DNA of 64,000 nt from Caldisphaera sp. GTDB lineage: Archaea > Thermoproteota > Thermoprotei_A > Sulfolobales > Acidilobaceae. Every line of letters begins with the position of its first letter. Positions within the stretch are counted from its first letter, which is position 1. Position numbers and translations under genes: made by a program. Below, in pieces: positions 41,009-52,361 of this stretch. The notes under the pieces were generated by a model. It did no database searches. It saw nothing but the letters and a program-made list of their open reading frames with translations, and was not told the origin of the DNA. The stretch is from positions 1 through 64,000 of the forward strand of contig JBMFKU010000006.1 of assembly GCA_049971805.1 (NCBI GenBank), read 5' to 3'.

Positions 41009-41951
41009 CTAATAAGTTGGATATATCAATAACTTCTGCATTATTATCACTAGCTTGGTTATATAAATTTATATAACATATAGGACACATAGTTACTATT
41101 TTTCTTGATTTTTCTACTAATTCAATTACTCTATCCCTTGCTATTGCATCAGATAAAGATGGCGCTATCGACTCTATAGGCCCTCCGCAACAAAAGGTAA
41201 ATTTTTTATTTCTTCTAACCTCATTAATTTGATATCCAGCCTTCTCTAATAGCCTTCTTGGTTTTTCTACTATTGATAGATTCCTTGCATATATGCAAGA
41301 ATCATGAACAGTTATAACACCTTTGTTATAATTTTTATTTTCTATAGAGCTATCATCAATTAACTCTAAATAACTTACAACATCTAGAGAAAAATTATCA
41401 ATATACCTTGGATAAATATTTTTAAGCAAATTTGTTGTATGCGGGTCCACAGTTACAACCTTCCTTGCATTACTTTCTTTTATGATCGAATAAACTTTTC
41501 TTGCGTGCTCTATAAACTCATTTTGAATTCCCATATCATATAGCAATGCACCACTGTAAATATCATTTTCATATAGATAAGAAAAGCTAATCTTATTTTT
41601 CATCAAAATACTCGCAATTGATTTTAAAACATTACTTGACCAATTTATTAATTTTTCATCAGGCTTAGGTAAAATTTTAAATATAAAATCAGTTTTCACT
41701 AGGTTCTTTGCAATGCTTAAAGCCATATAACCCCCCTCATCGCTTTTTTCAATAGCCTTTAAATAGAAAGACAATGATCTTATATATGGAACCAACTGAT
41801 ATAATGCGCCAGTATATAAAACTGTTTCACCCTTTTTATTAAAATTATAATCCTTTGCCCATCGATAAGAAAAATCATATGGAACTGGAACCGGATAGCC
41901 TGTTCTTAAAGTTAGATCCGCCATAAACCTCATTAATTCTTTTATTTTCAA
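40998..41951 (-). CDS. CCG-domain Fe-S oxidoreductase subunit
   Basis: TVDPH, HDSC..AR, CCGG, CPIC. Confidence 0.85.
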   Translation of the reverse strand: MKIKELMRFMADLTLRTGYPVPVPYDFSYRWAKDYNFNKKGETVLYTGALYQLVPYIRSLSFYLKAIEKSDEGGYMALSIAKNLVKTDFIFKILPKPDEKLINWSSNVLKSIASILMKNKISFSYLYENDIYSGALLYDMGIQNEFIEHARKVYSIIKESNARKVVTVDPHTTNLLKNIYPRYIDNFSLDVVSYLELIDDSSIENKNYNKGVITVHDSCIYARNLSIVEKPRRLLEKAGYQINEVRRNKKFTFCCGGPIESIAPSLSDAIARDRVIELVEKSRKIVTMCPICYINLYNQASDNNAEVIDISNLLVGD

Positions 41952-42008
41952 ACTTTATCCTATTAGGAATCTTATAAGCAGAAGATTTTAGACTTTTATA
42001 TTAAAATA

Positions 42009-42707
42009 TTATTTTTCTTTCAATATCCAATATCTAGAGTCTTCATCATAGTAAACCATTCCTTTTCTTGATAAAATGCTAAAAAGCTTTGCTCCATTTT
42101 CTCCAAAGCTAGATCCCAAAATATCTTCTACCTCTCTAGAATCCTTAACTCCTATAGTTTCAAGCTTTTCCTTAAACCTATTCCAATAATCTTTATCTAA
42201 AGCTATTTTTTCATTATCTAAAGTTAATACAATAGCACCGCTGCTTTCAAGTTTTTTAAAGTATGCATCTGGATTTCTTAACCATTGAACTGAATCTGAA
42301 AATATTACACCTTGGTCTTTTAATACATCCATAGCCGTCTTCTTTTTCTGTTGCTTTACCTCTTTTTCTTCCTGAACCCCTTCTTTTTCTTCTTTACCTT
42401 CAATTCTTTCTTCTAGATCGGCAATTCTGGACGAAAGCTCATCTATTTTTTGAGTAAAAGGATTTAAAAGATCCTGTACAACTCTTTCAATTCTTTTTGT
42501 TATATTATCTATTAATTCCTTATTTATCTGATTTTCTTCTAAGTTACCTTTTTCTGCAGATAAAATAATTATTTCTCTGATATAATCGTTTGGCAAAGAA
42601 TACCCCTTTGATTTAGCAATCTTTGATAATATCTTATAGTCCTCCTCCGGAATTTCTATCTTAATGACAACATTTTTCTTTGAATTAATTTCCAAGCTCC
42701 CCACCAT
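42009..42707 (-). CDS. CopG/RHH + coiled-coil protein
   Basis: N-terminal IKIEIPEEDY..L..IAK.KG...DYIREII; central heptad repeats. Confidence 0.6.
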   Translation of the reverse strand: MVGSLEINSKKNVVIKIEIPEEDYKILSKIAKSKGYSLPNDYIREIIILSAEKGNLEENQINKELIDNITKRIERVVQDLLNPFTQKIDELSSRIADLEERIEGKEEKEGVQEEKEVKQQKKKTAMDVLKDQGVIFSDSVQWLRNPDAYFKKLESSGAIVLTLDNEKIALDKDYWNRFKEKLETIGVKDSREVEDILGSSFGENGAKLFSILSRKGMVYYDEDSRYWILKEK

Positions 42708-42830
42708 TTTATTATTTAAAATACAAAGTTAATAAAATGATTAGGTTTAATAAAGATAAAATCAAATTTATCATAAAAATTATTAAATTTTTATTTTACT
42801 TTTTACTTAAAAATAAATTTATTTTTAGGG

Positions 42831-43736
42831 TTAACCTATTAAAGCCCGTATTCCAAACACTTTTCCTATCAAGTCCCCGAAGAAGAAGCCGGCTATTGCA
42901 GTTAAGAATAGCATCAACAGACTTTCTATTATTTCCTTTGAAAACCTTTGAGCATGAATTATTGAGCTATAATAAGTAAATCCACTAATCATAATAGTTG
43001 CCAAAAATAATGAAATGACAAATGCCTCTATTATATTTCTTAGCAGCAAATAAGGCAATGCCAATATCAAAACTGTCAACAAATAGCTAAATCCTGTCAC
43101 AGTCGCTCCTGTAGAAGCCCTTACAGTTTTTTCCTGTTTAGCCTGCAGGTATGCAGCTCCTGCCATTGAGAGTGCAGCAGAAAATCCAACAACAAGTCCA
43201 GCAATACCAGCTATTATTGTCTTGTCCGTTGCTCCTAAGAAACCTGCATGAACACCTGATACCTCAACTATTGCATCTGCAAGACCTAAAGCAACATAAC
43301 TTAAATACTTAACTCTTATATCTTTTATATCACAAATTATTTGTCTTTCATGATTTTCTTCATCCTCTATTATCTTTTTTAATATTTTCTTCTTTTCTTC
43401 ATTATCCAGCTTATCTAAAAAATTCTTATATTCCTCTATGGTTGCTGATTCGTTGTTTTCTAGCACCTGCAAGGTAAATACAGGACCAAATAATCTATAT
43501 AAAATTTTAAAGAAAAAGCCAGGTTTTATATCTGGCTTACACTCTTGTTTAACTATACTTTTCCAAAATTCGTAATGCTCTTTTTCTTGATTTGCCAGCT
43601 TCTCTAAATGATCTTTTATCTGGTTATCTTTAGAGGTTTCTGATAATGTCTTATATAATACATATGTATTTATTTCATCCTTACAATAAAGCTTGGCTTT
43701 TTTTAAATCCTCTTCGCTTATCATCTTTTCACCCAA
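42831..43736 (-). CDS. Rubrerythrin-VIT1/CCC1 fusion (MbfA-like iron exporter)
   Basis: ExxH motifs (QEKEH, DEENH); LGLADAIVE, ALSMAGAAYL. Confidence 0.88.
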   Translation of the reverse strand: MGEKMISEEDLKKAKLYCKDEINTYVLYKTLSETSKDNQIKDHLEKLANQEKEHYEFWKSIVKQECKPDIKPGFFFKILYRLFGPVFTLQVLENNESATIEEYKNFLDKLDNEEKKKILKKIIEDEENHERQIICDIKDIRVKYLSYVALGLADAIVEVSGVHAGFLGATDKTIIAGIAGLVVGFSAALSMAGAAYLQAKQEKTVRASTGATVTGFSYLLTVLILALPYLLLRNIIEAFVISLFLATIMISGFTYYSSIIHAQRFSKEIIESLLMLFLTAIAGFFFGDLIGKVFGIRALIG

Positions 43737-45654
43737 TGTGTTTTTTAATCCAATCAGTCATTATCTCCAAATACTTTAACCTAGTCTTTGGTTTACCTGT
43801 TCTTGTTAAATCATGATTTTCTCCTGGAAATAGGGCTAGCTTAGTCTCAATACCTAAATTCTTTAGAGAAGTGAAAAACTGCAATGCCTGCTCATATGGA
43901 CATCTATAATCATCTAGCGCATGCATGATAAGAAGAGGAGTTGTTACTTTATCTGAATAAAATAGAGGACTCTTTTCCTTAAATTTATCAAAATCTTCCC
44001 ATGGATTCTTTACTCCTAATTGATCTGCTGTAAAATACCATCCTATATCGCTTGATCCATAAAAACTAAACCAATTACTGCAGCTTCTTTCTGTTATTGC
44101 AGCCTTAAATCTATTTGTTTTAGTAACAATCCAATTAGTCATGAATCCTCCATAGCTACCTCCAGCAACAACTCCTTTATCTGGATCCAGATTTTTATTT
44201 TCTTTCAACGCATCATCGGTAATACGCATTAAATCAGAAAAATCTATTGTGCCATATTTGCCCCTTATGTCTGCAAATTCTTCACTATAAGAATCACTAC
44301 CATGAGGATTTCCATAAATAATAGCATATCCTTGAGATGCTAAATAGTGAAAAACAAAATTAAATGAATATCCATAAAATGTCTTTGGCCCTCCATGTAT
44401 ATATAATATCCAAGGATTCTTTTCCTTAACTTCTTTTGGCATTAATACCCAATAATCTAATTCAGAACCATCCTCAGACCTTGCTTTGAAATGCTTAGCT
44501 TTATTCAACTTCTTCTCATATAAAAAATTATCATTAAAGTTTGTTATCTTCTTTTCAGATATACCATCAAAATAAAATATTTCTTTTGGCTCATTATCAG
44601 ACATCTTTGCATAACTAAATATTAAACCGCTGTTCGATATAGAAAACTCATCTATTGTATATTCATCTGGCTTCAATATCCCTTTTAAGTTACTCTTCTC
44701 ATTTGCAGCATATAAATGCACGTTTCCCTGATCGCTCAGCAAAAAGTAAACATATCCATTCAAGGTCCAATAGAAATTTTCGTTACAAGAAGGACCTCTT
44801 ACATCACTATTAATTGAATTTTCTATATTTCTATTTATACCGGGCCAGATCTGTTTAATTTCATTATTTTTTAAATCCATAAAATAGAGCTTTGTATGTG
44901 TGGCATATCCCCTTTCCATCTTGTTCCCTAAAAATGCGATTTTTTCATCCCTTGGACTCCATATTATTTTAGATATAGAATAATCCTTTAGTACACTTAT
45001 ATCTTCGCTTGTCTTTAAATTTACTATTCTTATCTCATTCAAATAGGGCTTTAATTCATTATAAGAATTTACATAAGCTATTCTATTTCCATCTGAAGAA
45101 AAATCAAACGATGATACTCCATATTTGCTGTAAGTTAATTGAGATACTTCACCATCTGGATAAGAAACTACAAATAAATTATAAGGTCTATCAAATATAT
45201 AACCTTCTCCATTAAAATATGGTGGGATATTGTCTATTACTAACGCCTCCCTTTTATTATATTCTATCCAATCATTGCTTATTGACCTAGATAAATAAGC
45301 AATTTTTCTATTGTCTTTTGACCACTTTATGTTTATTATTCCTTGATTAGATTTAGATAGTTCAAACTCTTCACCACCAAGCTTCAAAACATTTAATGAA
45401 GATGATTTATTTCTAATCCTAACAAATGAAACAATTTCATCATCGCTAGACCATGATGGGCAAATGTCTTTAATACCTTTAGTTAAAGGGTAAAAGAAAT
45501 TGTTTTCATATATCCAAATATTGCTTTTTAAAATATTTTTACTTAGATCGTATTTTGATAATACAAACAATACCTTTAAACCGTTATGGGAAATCTTGGG
45601 ATCAGATAAAAGAGAGATTTTAGATAAATCTTCAATTTTTAACCTTTCATTCAA
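43729..45654 (-). CDS. S9 acylaminoacyl/dipeptidyl peptidase
   Basis: Beta-propeller plus IHGGP, GGSYGG, DYRC, ENHDL. Confidence 0.93.
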   Translation of the reverse strand: MNERLKIEDLSKISLLSDPKISHNGLKVLFVLSKYDLSKNILKSNIWIYENNFFYPLTKGIKDICPSWSSDDEIVSFVRIRNKSSSLNVLKLGGEEFELSKSNQGIINIKWSKDNRKIAYLSRSISNDWIEYNKREALVIDNIPPYFNGEGYIFDRPYNLFVVSYPDGEVSQLTYSKYGVSSFDFSSDGNRIAYVNSYNELKPYLNEIRIVNLKTSEDISVLKDYSISKIIWSPRDEKIAFLGNKMERGYATHTKLYFMDLKNNEIKQIWPGINRNIENSINSDVRGPSCNENFYWTLNGYVYFLLSDQGNVHLYAANEKSNLKGILKPDEYTIDEFSISNSGLIFSYAKMSDNEPKEIFYFDGISEKKITNFNDNFLYEKKLNKAKHFKARSEDGSELDYWVLMPKEVKEKNPWILYIHGGPKTFYGYSFNFVFHYLASQGYAIIYGNPHGSDSYSEEFADIRGKYGTIDFSDLMRITDDALKENKNLDPDKGVVAGGSYGGFMTNWIVTKTNRFKAAITERSCSNWFSFYGSSDIGWYFTADQLGVKNPWEDFDKFKEKSPLFYSDKVTTPLLIMHALDDYRCPYEQALQFFTSLKNLGIETKLALFPGENHDLTRTGKPKTRLKYLEIMTDWIKKHIG

Positions 45655-45725
45655 AATTATTCCCCCCTCTTTTCTATTATGTGAAAATAAAGAATTTAAT
45701 CTTTGTTATTTATAACATAAAAATT

Positions 45726-48053
45726 TTAAATTCTAGAGATTTTAGAATAAACGCTTAATAGCTCTAGACCAGATTTAACTCCGGGATCGCTTGCCAAAGG
45801 ACTATTAGCAAAGAATTCTTCTACTTCTTTTTCTTTATTAATTCCAATTATTGGTATTACGCCCATTAAATTCCTGCCAAAAATAGCTGTTCCCTCAAAA
45901 GCCTTATTTAGCAAATTAAAGCCTTTTGATTTAAACCAGTTCCATAAGACATCTCTTGCATTTTCATTTGATGCAGCTAACAACAAAATTATCAAATCTT
46001 GCGACTTTACATTACTTTCTCCCCATTCTAGTGCTTTTCTAACAATTGATGGATCAGACATAAACATCATAGATCTCAAGAACTTCAACCTCTCGGAATC
46101 AAGCTTTTCAGTTAAATATTTCTTGCTTAGTGTTTCAAAATCATTTGTGGTAATAGCATAGGCAGTATAGACTGCTTCTCTCATTTCTGGCTCAATTTCC
46201 TTATTAAACATAGCAGATAGCTCTTGGGCAAATTTCTTATCTAAAATTGAAAGCCTTCTTGCTATTATGCCTCTTAAATATTTTGAGTTGGGATCATCTT
46301 TATTATTTTGTAATGCGAATTGATCTCTGTGATAGCTTGTAGCTAAATCTCCAAATAATTTTTTGTTTATCAGGCTCAGCATAAATAATTGGGAAGATAT
46401 CTCGTTAGCAGGTAAATAGGCAGTTTCTTTTAAATACATATTGATTATTTCTAGATATTCATTTTTGTTGCTCAAGCCTGATAACAAGAAATTATAATAA
46501 TCATTGATTAATCCCCATTTTTCTTTAGAGTTCATATCCTCTATTAAACCCTTATCTAATTTATAGTAAACCCTATAAAATCCTGTTCTATCCAAATTAA
46601 CTTTTATTGATTTTAATTTGCTTGTATTTATACTAATAGACTTTTCATTCATAACGATATCATGCCTAACTCCATTTATATTCATAGCTATTGGTATCAT
46701 ATATGTTAAATTATCTAGTTTCTTGCTTAAAGTAAACCTGTTCTGCTCTAAAATTATTTTATCACCCTCTACACTTACTTTTACATATGGATAACCAGGT
46801 TGCATTATCCAACTATCCATTATTGATCTTACTTGATAAGAAGTAGTTGTTTGCAATGCATCCCATAAATCATTTGCCTTTGCATTAACATATTTAAAAT
46901 GGTTTAAATAATTGTTTAATCCTTTTCTAAAAGATTCTCCCAAGAAGAATTCAATCATCCTTAAAATGCTAGCTCCTTTCCCATAGCTTATATCATCAAA
47001 TATTCCTTCTATCTCATCTGGACTATTAACTTCAACATGTATTGGGTGTGTTGTAGACAAAGAGTCTCTAACCATAGCTCCGCTTGTTTCCCCCATTAGG
47101 AAATCATCCCATAATTTCCATGAAGGCATAAAAGAATCAACAGCTTTATAACTCATAAATGTAGCAAAGCTTTCATTCAACCAAAGATCGTCCCACCACT
47201 TCATTGTTACAAGATCTCCAAACCATTGATGGGCTATTTCATGAGCAACTACTTCTCCTACCCTCTTTAATTGGCCGAGATCTGAATCCTTTGGAGCAAG
47301 CAATGCAGATTCCCTAAATGTTATTGCCCCCCAATTTTCCATAGCGCCAAAAGCAAATTCTGGTACAGCTATTAAGTGCATTTTAGGTAACATGTATGGA
47401 AATTCAAAATATCTTTCATAAAATTCTATTGATTTTTCAGCAACCCATGCTGCAAATTCTCCATTAATCGACTTTCCTGAAACTGTAGCTACAATAATTT
47501 TTCCTTTGCTTAATTCCTCCCACTTTCCTATACCCAAATATAATAAATATGTAGACATCTTTGGCGTTTCATAAAATGTAACTATTTTTTTGTTATTACC
47601 TTCTACATCTATTCTTTCTATGGGCATGTTAGATATTACATGAAAATCCTTTGGAATTCTAACTTTAATTTTAAAATTTGCCTTATAACTTGGTTTATCA
47701 ACACATGGAAACATCTTTCTTGCATGAACAGATTCGAACTGTGTTGATATTACATAATCATTATCATACTTTGCTTTATATATACCAACAAGCCTTTCTA
47801 TGGCTTCTCCTTCAAATCCTATTTCTAATACTCCATTAAATGACCCAGTCTTTATTATAATCTCATTTTCAGTTTTTTTAAATTCTATATCATTTCCATT
47901 CGCTTTAACATAATCAATTTTTAATCCAACAGCATCTAAAACTACCTGACTGTCTGCGCTTAATTCAATTTTTTCCACTCCTCTGTATTTTGTTCCATCA
48001 AAATCCATAAACATATCATATCTTTTTATTTCAAATCCCTGTAAGTAACTCAT
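45726..48053 (-). CDS. M1 aminopeptidase (tricorn-interacting factor F2/F3-like)
   Basis: GAMENWG, HEIAHQW..WLNESFA, YGKG. Confidence 0.95.
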   Translation of the reverse strand: MSYLQGFEIKRYDMFMDFDGTKYRGVEKIELSADSQVVLDAVGLKIDYVKANGNDIEFKKTENEIIIKTGSFNGVLEIGFEGEAIERLVGIYKAKYDNDYVISTQFESVHARKMFPCVDKPSYKANFKIKVRIPKDFHVISNMPIERIDVEGNNKKIVTFYETPKMSTYLLYLGIGKWEELSKGKIIVATVSGKSINGEFAAWVAEKSIEFYERYFEFPYMLPKMHLIAVPEFAFGAMENWGAITFRESALLAPKDSDLGQLKRVGEVVAHEIAHQWFGDLVTMKWWDDLWLNESFATFMSYKAVDSFMPSWKLWDDFLMGETSGAMVRDSLSTTHPIHVEVNSPDEIEGIFDDISYGKGASILRMIEFFLGESFRKGLNNYLNHFKYVNAKANDLWDALQTTTSYQVRSIMDSWIMQPGYPYVKVSVEGDKIILEQNRFTLSKKLDNLTYMIPIAMNINGVRHDIVMNEKSISINTSKLKSIKVNLDRTGFYRVYYKLDKGLIEDMNSKEKWGLINDYYNFLLSGLSNKNEYLEIINMYLKETAYLPANEISSQLFMLSLINKKLFGDLATSYHRDQFALQNNKDDPNSKYLRGIIARRLSILDKKFAQELSAMFNKEIEPEMREAVYTAYAITTNDFETLSKKYLTEKLDSERLKFLRSMMFMSDPSIVRKALEWGESNVKSQDLIILLLAASNENARDVLWNWFKSKGFNLLNKAFEGTAIFGRNLMGVIPIIGINKEKEVEEFFANSPLASDPGVKSGLELLSVYSKISRI

Positions 48054-48162
48054 TTTCCTCCCCCTTTAAATATTGTAGAAGATGGGAATTTAAAAATGAA
48101 ATATAAATATTTAGAGAAAAATATAAACACCCCTAATTTTAATAAATATAAAGGGTGAGGAT

Positions 48163-49578
48163 ATGTTTGGAAAATATCTATTATCTGTAGCTATTATATC
48201 ATTGATAGCTTTGAGCCTTTCAATACCATTGATTTCATCAGCCTATAACTTTGACAATATTACTAACATAGAAAATAATAATTATATCATCGTTTATCCA
48301 AATTCTATATCATTCTTATTTAATGGATCTAACTATGTTAATAATTATAATGGAAATGGAACACTAGGCCTAAATCTGTTATTTTTAAGCGGTTCAAAGG
48401 AATTGACAATAAACGTAACAAAATATGTAGAGAATAAAGGATTTAAAGTAAGTAAATTTGAATTCTATCACAACTCTAATGGAGGGCAAGGTATATCAAA
48501 TTATTCATCAATTTACGAGTCTATACCTTTTAATAGCAGTTCAAAAGGGTACTTGAAGATTTTAGCTAATCCAATCAACAAACTCTACTATATTAACCTA
48601 TCAATAAATGCTTCATGGGAGGGTTCTCTCAACTTATCAAATAGCCTTTCAAACAATGAAGTTTTTAGTAAGATGTTATCGAATTACAATAATGAAGGAT
48701 CTATATTTAACAGCTTTAAAAACTATGGTAACTTTGAAAGCATAACACAAGAACTATCAGGATTTGGTGTCTCATCTTTAATCAACAACTTAAATATAAC
48801 AGGTTTAAACATAACCTATTATAAAATTAATATTGGAAGCAATACATTAAACATAACATTTGATGCAACATTTAATTCCACAGAGGCAACAGAAAGCAAA
48901 GCAAGCAATGTTTCGATGCTAATAAATAGCTTAATTAATAGTTTCTTAAAGCCAAGCTATACAGAAATAAGCTCTTATTTAACAGTTGAAAACAACTTAT
49001 TAAATTACAATTTATATGTAAACACGAATGTTAACATAACATCTACATCAATGCCATACAAATTTAACCTGTCAAAGCTACTATCAAATATAACACAGAT
49101 CAATCAATTTAACCTATCTATAGTTAAAAAAGCTATAAATGCTTCTCTAGAAATAGCTAACTATGTTAATAAAAACTATGAAATAGTTGTTCCAAGTTCT
49201 TTAAGCTTAAATGTTTCTTGTAAAGATAATTATAATAATTATAGCTTAGAGACGCCAAAAATATCTTATTTAAATAATCCTATAAGGAGCTTGGCAAGTG
49301 TTGATTATTTAATAGGAAATGTTTCAACAATATTGCAACAAAATGGATTTATTGAAGCATCAAACAAGGTACTTTCATTAAATAATGTAGAGGTAAAGTT
49401 AATTGGTAAAGGGGTAACTGTTAAGCCAAACCAAACAACTATTGGAAACTTAAGCAAGGTAACTGTTACAGTAAACAACAACTCATCAAGTAATATTAAA
49501 CAAGCAGAAATAGGTGGTACTATTGCAGTTATAATAGTTTTGGCTGTTGTAATTATATTAATTAAAAGACATTTTTAA
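48163..49578 (+). CDS. Asn/Ser-rich cell-surface protein (signal peptide, C-terminal TM anchor)
   Basis: N-terminal hydrophobic helix, many N-x-S/T sequons, C-terminal TM followed by KRH. Confidence 0.7.
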   Translation: MFGKYLLSVAIISLIALSLSIPLISSAYNFDNITNIENNNYIIVYPNSISFLFNGSNYVNNYNGNGTLGLNLLFLSGSKELTINVTKYVENKGFKVSKFEFYHNSNGGQGISNYSSIYESIPFNSSSKGYLKILANPINKLYYINLSINASWEGSLNLSNSLSNNEVFSKMLSNYNNEGSIFNSFKNYGNFESITQELSGFGVSSLINNLNITGLNITYYKINIGSNTLNITFDATFNSTEATESKASNVSMLINSLINSFLKPSYTEISSYLTVENNLLNYNLYVNTNVNITSTSMPYKFNLSKLLSNITQINQFNLSIVKKAINASLEIANYVNKNYEIVVPSSLSLNVSCKDNYNNYSLETPKISYLNNPIRSLASVDYLIGNVSTILQQNGFIEASNKVLSLNNVEVKLIGKGVTVKPNQTTIGNLSKVTVTVNNNSSSNIKQAEIGGTIAVIIVLAVVIILIKRHF

Positions 49579-49588
49579 TTTTTTCTAG

Positions 49589-50890
49589 GTGAATTTAATG
49601 CTTTATAATAAAAAATTAGCAATAGCCATAATTTTTTCTATACTTATTTTAGCTTCTTTATTCTTTTCTTTGTATGGGATTAGTAATAAAACAGATCAAG
49701 GTGTATTAATAAAATCAGATATGAATCTAATTTACTACATACCTGAAAAATCTATCAGCATATTAAGTAATTCTACAGAAACGATAGTATTAGAAAATGG
49801 GAATGAATATCAGATAAATGGTTTGGAAAGCAACTATGCTTGCTCCTATAAAAATGATTATATTGGTATATCTGGGTATTATAAAAATAATCCTTCATTA
49901 ACCATCTTATATGATAATGGTACATATTCAATTTATGAACTAAAGCTTGAAAACCCCCCAACTAGTATTTATTGCTTAAATAATGAAATTATTTTTTCTG
50001 GAATAAACCCTCTATATCCATACATAGGTTTTATTAATTTCAATAACACTTCCTCTAACACTATACCAATTTATATGGATAGCATTTATTTTGGAACCCC
50101 TTCAGAAATACACCTATTTAATAACACAGAATTTTTAACATTTAACAACAATTACATTATTGTATATGATGAAAACAAGAGCTATTTTATCGAGTATCCA
50201 AATTCAACAAGCATATATAACATGTATATTTATAATGGAAAAATTTACATTATAGGATCAATAAATATAAATGGATCAACATATGGCCTTGTCTCACCAT
50301 TATTTGGTAACTACTCATATACTATTGGCCTAAATAACTATCAAGGTTTCATTGAAGTTGGAGCCGATAAACTAAATGGTTATTCTCTTTTATATAGACC
50401 TTATGTAACATTTGCTTATTTAATTACCGTCACCCAAAATAAATATTTATACACAGCATTAATTGGCATGTCCTATCCTTTCACACTATATAATGAGGGC
50501 TCTTATAACAAAGGCATTTGGCTTACAGGTAGCATGAACATAAGCAATCAAAATTATCAGGTAGGTTTATATATTAATGGAACCATCAATGGGAACATAG
50601 GATATAAACCTTCAATTGCATATATAGTTACATCAATACCAATAGTATCTAAAGGATTTATGTATACAACAAATACTTCATTTAAGGTTAATAGTTTAAA
50701 CACAACAAAAATTAATATATCATTTAATAAAATCTTTGGGAATTCTATTAAAACAAGTTCAATAAATGTTATCTATTTAAATTTTGTTGTAAACAGATAC
50801 ATAATATTTGGGGAATATACTTTTATATCAATTTTAATCGGTTTAGTAATTTATTGCGTGCTAGCAAAAAGCTATAAATGGAGTTGCTAA
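49589..50890 (+). CDS. Asn/Tyr-rich membrane-anchored surface protein
   Basis: N- and C-terminal TM segments; beta-rich middle; N-x-S/T sequons. Confidence 0.65.
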   Translation: MNLMLYNKKLAIAIIFSILILASLFFSLYGISNKTDQGVLIKSDMNLIYYIPEKSISILSNSTETIVLENGNEYQINGLESNYACSYKNDYIGISGYYKNNPSLTILYDNGTYSIYELKLENPPTSIYCLNNEIIFSGINPLYPYIGFINFNNTSSNTIPIYMDSIYFGTPSEIHLFNNTEFLTFNNNYIIVYDENKSYFIEYPNSTSIYNMYIYNGKIYIIGSININGSTYGLVSPLFGNYSYTIGLNNYQGFIEVGADKLNGYSLLYRPYVTFAYLITVTQNKYLYTALIGMSYPFTLYNEGSYNKGIWLTGSMNISNQNYQVGLYINGTINGNIGYKPSIAYIVTSIPIVSKGFMYTTNTSFKVNSLNTTKINISFNKIFGNSIKTSSINVIYLNFVVNRYIIFGEYTFISILIGLVIYCVLAKSYKWSC

Positions 50891-52032
50891 TAAAATGGAT
50901 TTTGAAATGACAATATAACATTTACAACTTCAGGCCTCATAATATAATCAGGTGGTCTTTCCCCTTTAATAATCATATTTCTAATTTGAGTTCCGCTAAT
51001 CCTTATCCTATCGCTTTCGTCGTGAGGACATATTTTTTCATTTGTCATAGTACCGCACTTTTTGCAATAAAATGCCTCCCTAATAAAAAGGGGCGTTATT
51101 CCTAAATCAGGAAAATCATCGAATATTTTCCAAGAATCATATGGCCCATAATAATTCCCAACTCCTGCATGATCTCTACCAACAATTATATGCGTTGCAC
51201 CAAAGTTTTTTCTAACTATTGCATGATGTATTGCTTCCTTGGGACCAGCGTAATTCATCTCCATTCTCAAAATACTAAATACGTAACTTTCCTTAGGGAA
51301 GTAATTATCTAATAAAGCCTTGTATGCATTAACAATAACCTCATCTTTGAAATCCCCTCTTTTTTTCCAACCAAGTAATGGATTTATAAACAAGCCATCT
51401 ACAAAAGTTAAAGCTGCTTTGATAACATACTCATGCCCATTGTGGGGAGCATTTCTAGTTTGAAATGCAGCTATAGTTTTCCAATTTAAATGATCAAACA
51501 AAACTCTAGTATCCTTTGGCCATAACCTAACACTTTCAAAAACTTCAAAAGGATCCTTTAATAAAGTTATCGGCCCAGAAATAAGATAATCATTTCTCTT
51601 TAGGATTTTCTCAACTCCAGGGTGATCAATGGATGTTGTGTTATAAATCTTAAATGCATACTCCTTTTTATCCCATTTGTATATTTCCTCAATTCTCAAT
51701 ATTGCTATTTTATCAGTTTTGTAATCTAAAATTACTTCATCTCCTTGAGATATCCCTGATAGATCATCCTTGGTTACATCTAAAATTATTGGTATTGACC
51801 AGGGTAAATCGTTTTCTAGCCTAGAGCTATTTAGCACGGATTCATAATCATTTCTATTCATAAAGCCTTCTAAAGGTGAATATATGCCATGAGCTATATT
51901 TGCTACATCAAAAGCCCTCCCCTCGTTTATTTCAATTTTATTCATTGATTTAGATTCTTCTGTCAGCCTTTCTAATGTTTTTCCAATTCTTGTTCTATCG
52001 ATTAGCCTACCTCCATGAGGTTTTGACACCAT
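50887..52032 (-). CDS. sat: Sulfate adenylyltransferase (ATP sulfurylase)
   Basis: PHGG, YSPLEGFM, FQTRNAPHNGHE, VGRDHAG, ISGT. Confidence 0.96.
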   Translation of the reverse strand: MVSKPHGGRLIDRTRIGKTLERLTEESKSMNKIEINEGRAFDVANIAHGIYSPLEGFMNRNDYESVLNSSRLENDLPWSIPIILDVTKDDLSGISQGDEVILDYKTDKIAILRIEEIYKWDKKEYAFKIYNTTSIDHPGVEKILKRNDYLISGPITLLKDPFEVFESVRLWPKDTRVLFDHLNWKTIAAFQTRNAPHNGHEYVIKAALTFVDGLFINPLLGWKKRGDFKDEVIVNAYKALLDNYFPKESYVFSILRMEMNYAGPKEAIHHAIVRKNFGATHIIVGRDHAGVGNYYGPYDSWKIFDDFPDLGITPLFIREAFYCKKCGTMTNEKICPHDESDRIRISGTQIRNMIIKGERPPDYIMRPEVVNVILSFQNPFY

Positions 52033-52040
52033 TTTCCCAC

Positions 52041-52289
52041 CTAAATATAACCTAATCTCCTTAATCTTTCAATTATCTCCTTTTTTTCTTCATCGGATAT
52101 ACTAGATGAAATCTTCTCCTGCTCCATATTGCTTACTACTTCTCTTAAGATATATGTAACAAATTGAGATACGCTTGTAAAACCGGTATTTCCAATAATT
52201 TTTTTAATCCTATCATATAAGGTAATTGGTATTGAAACTGTCGTATATTTGGTCTCAGGCTCTCCAATTCTTTTTTTCACTCCACTCAC
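52041..52289 (-). CDS. CopG/RHH protein with C-terminal 'EIIERLRRLGYI' tail
   Basis: YTTVSIP..LYDRIKK.I..TGFTSVSQFVTYILRE. Confidence 0.85.
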   Translation of the reverse strand: MSGVKKRIGEPETKYTTVSIPITLYDRIKKIIGNTGFTSVSQFVTYILREVVSNMEQEKISSSISDEEKKEIIERLRRLGYI

Positions 52290-52361
52290 CTTAATTATAT
52301 TTAATTATAGCAGTATAATAATATTTAATTAAGTTTTGTATATATTATTTGGGGGGATTAT

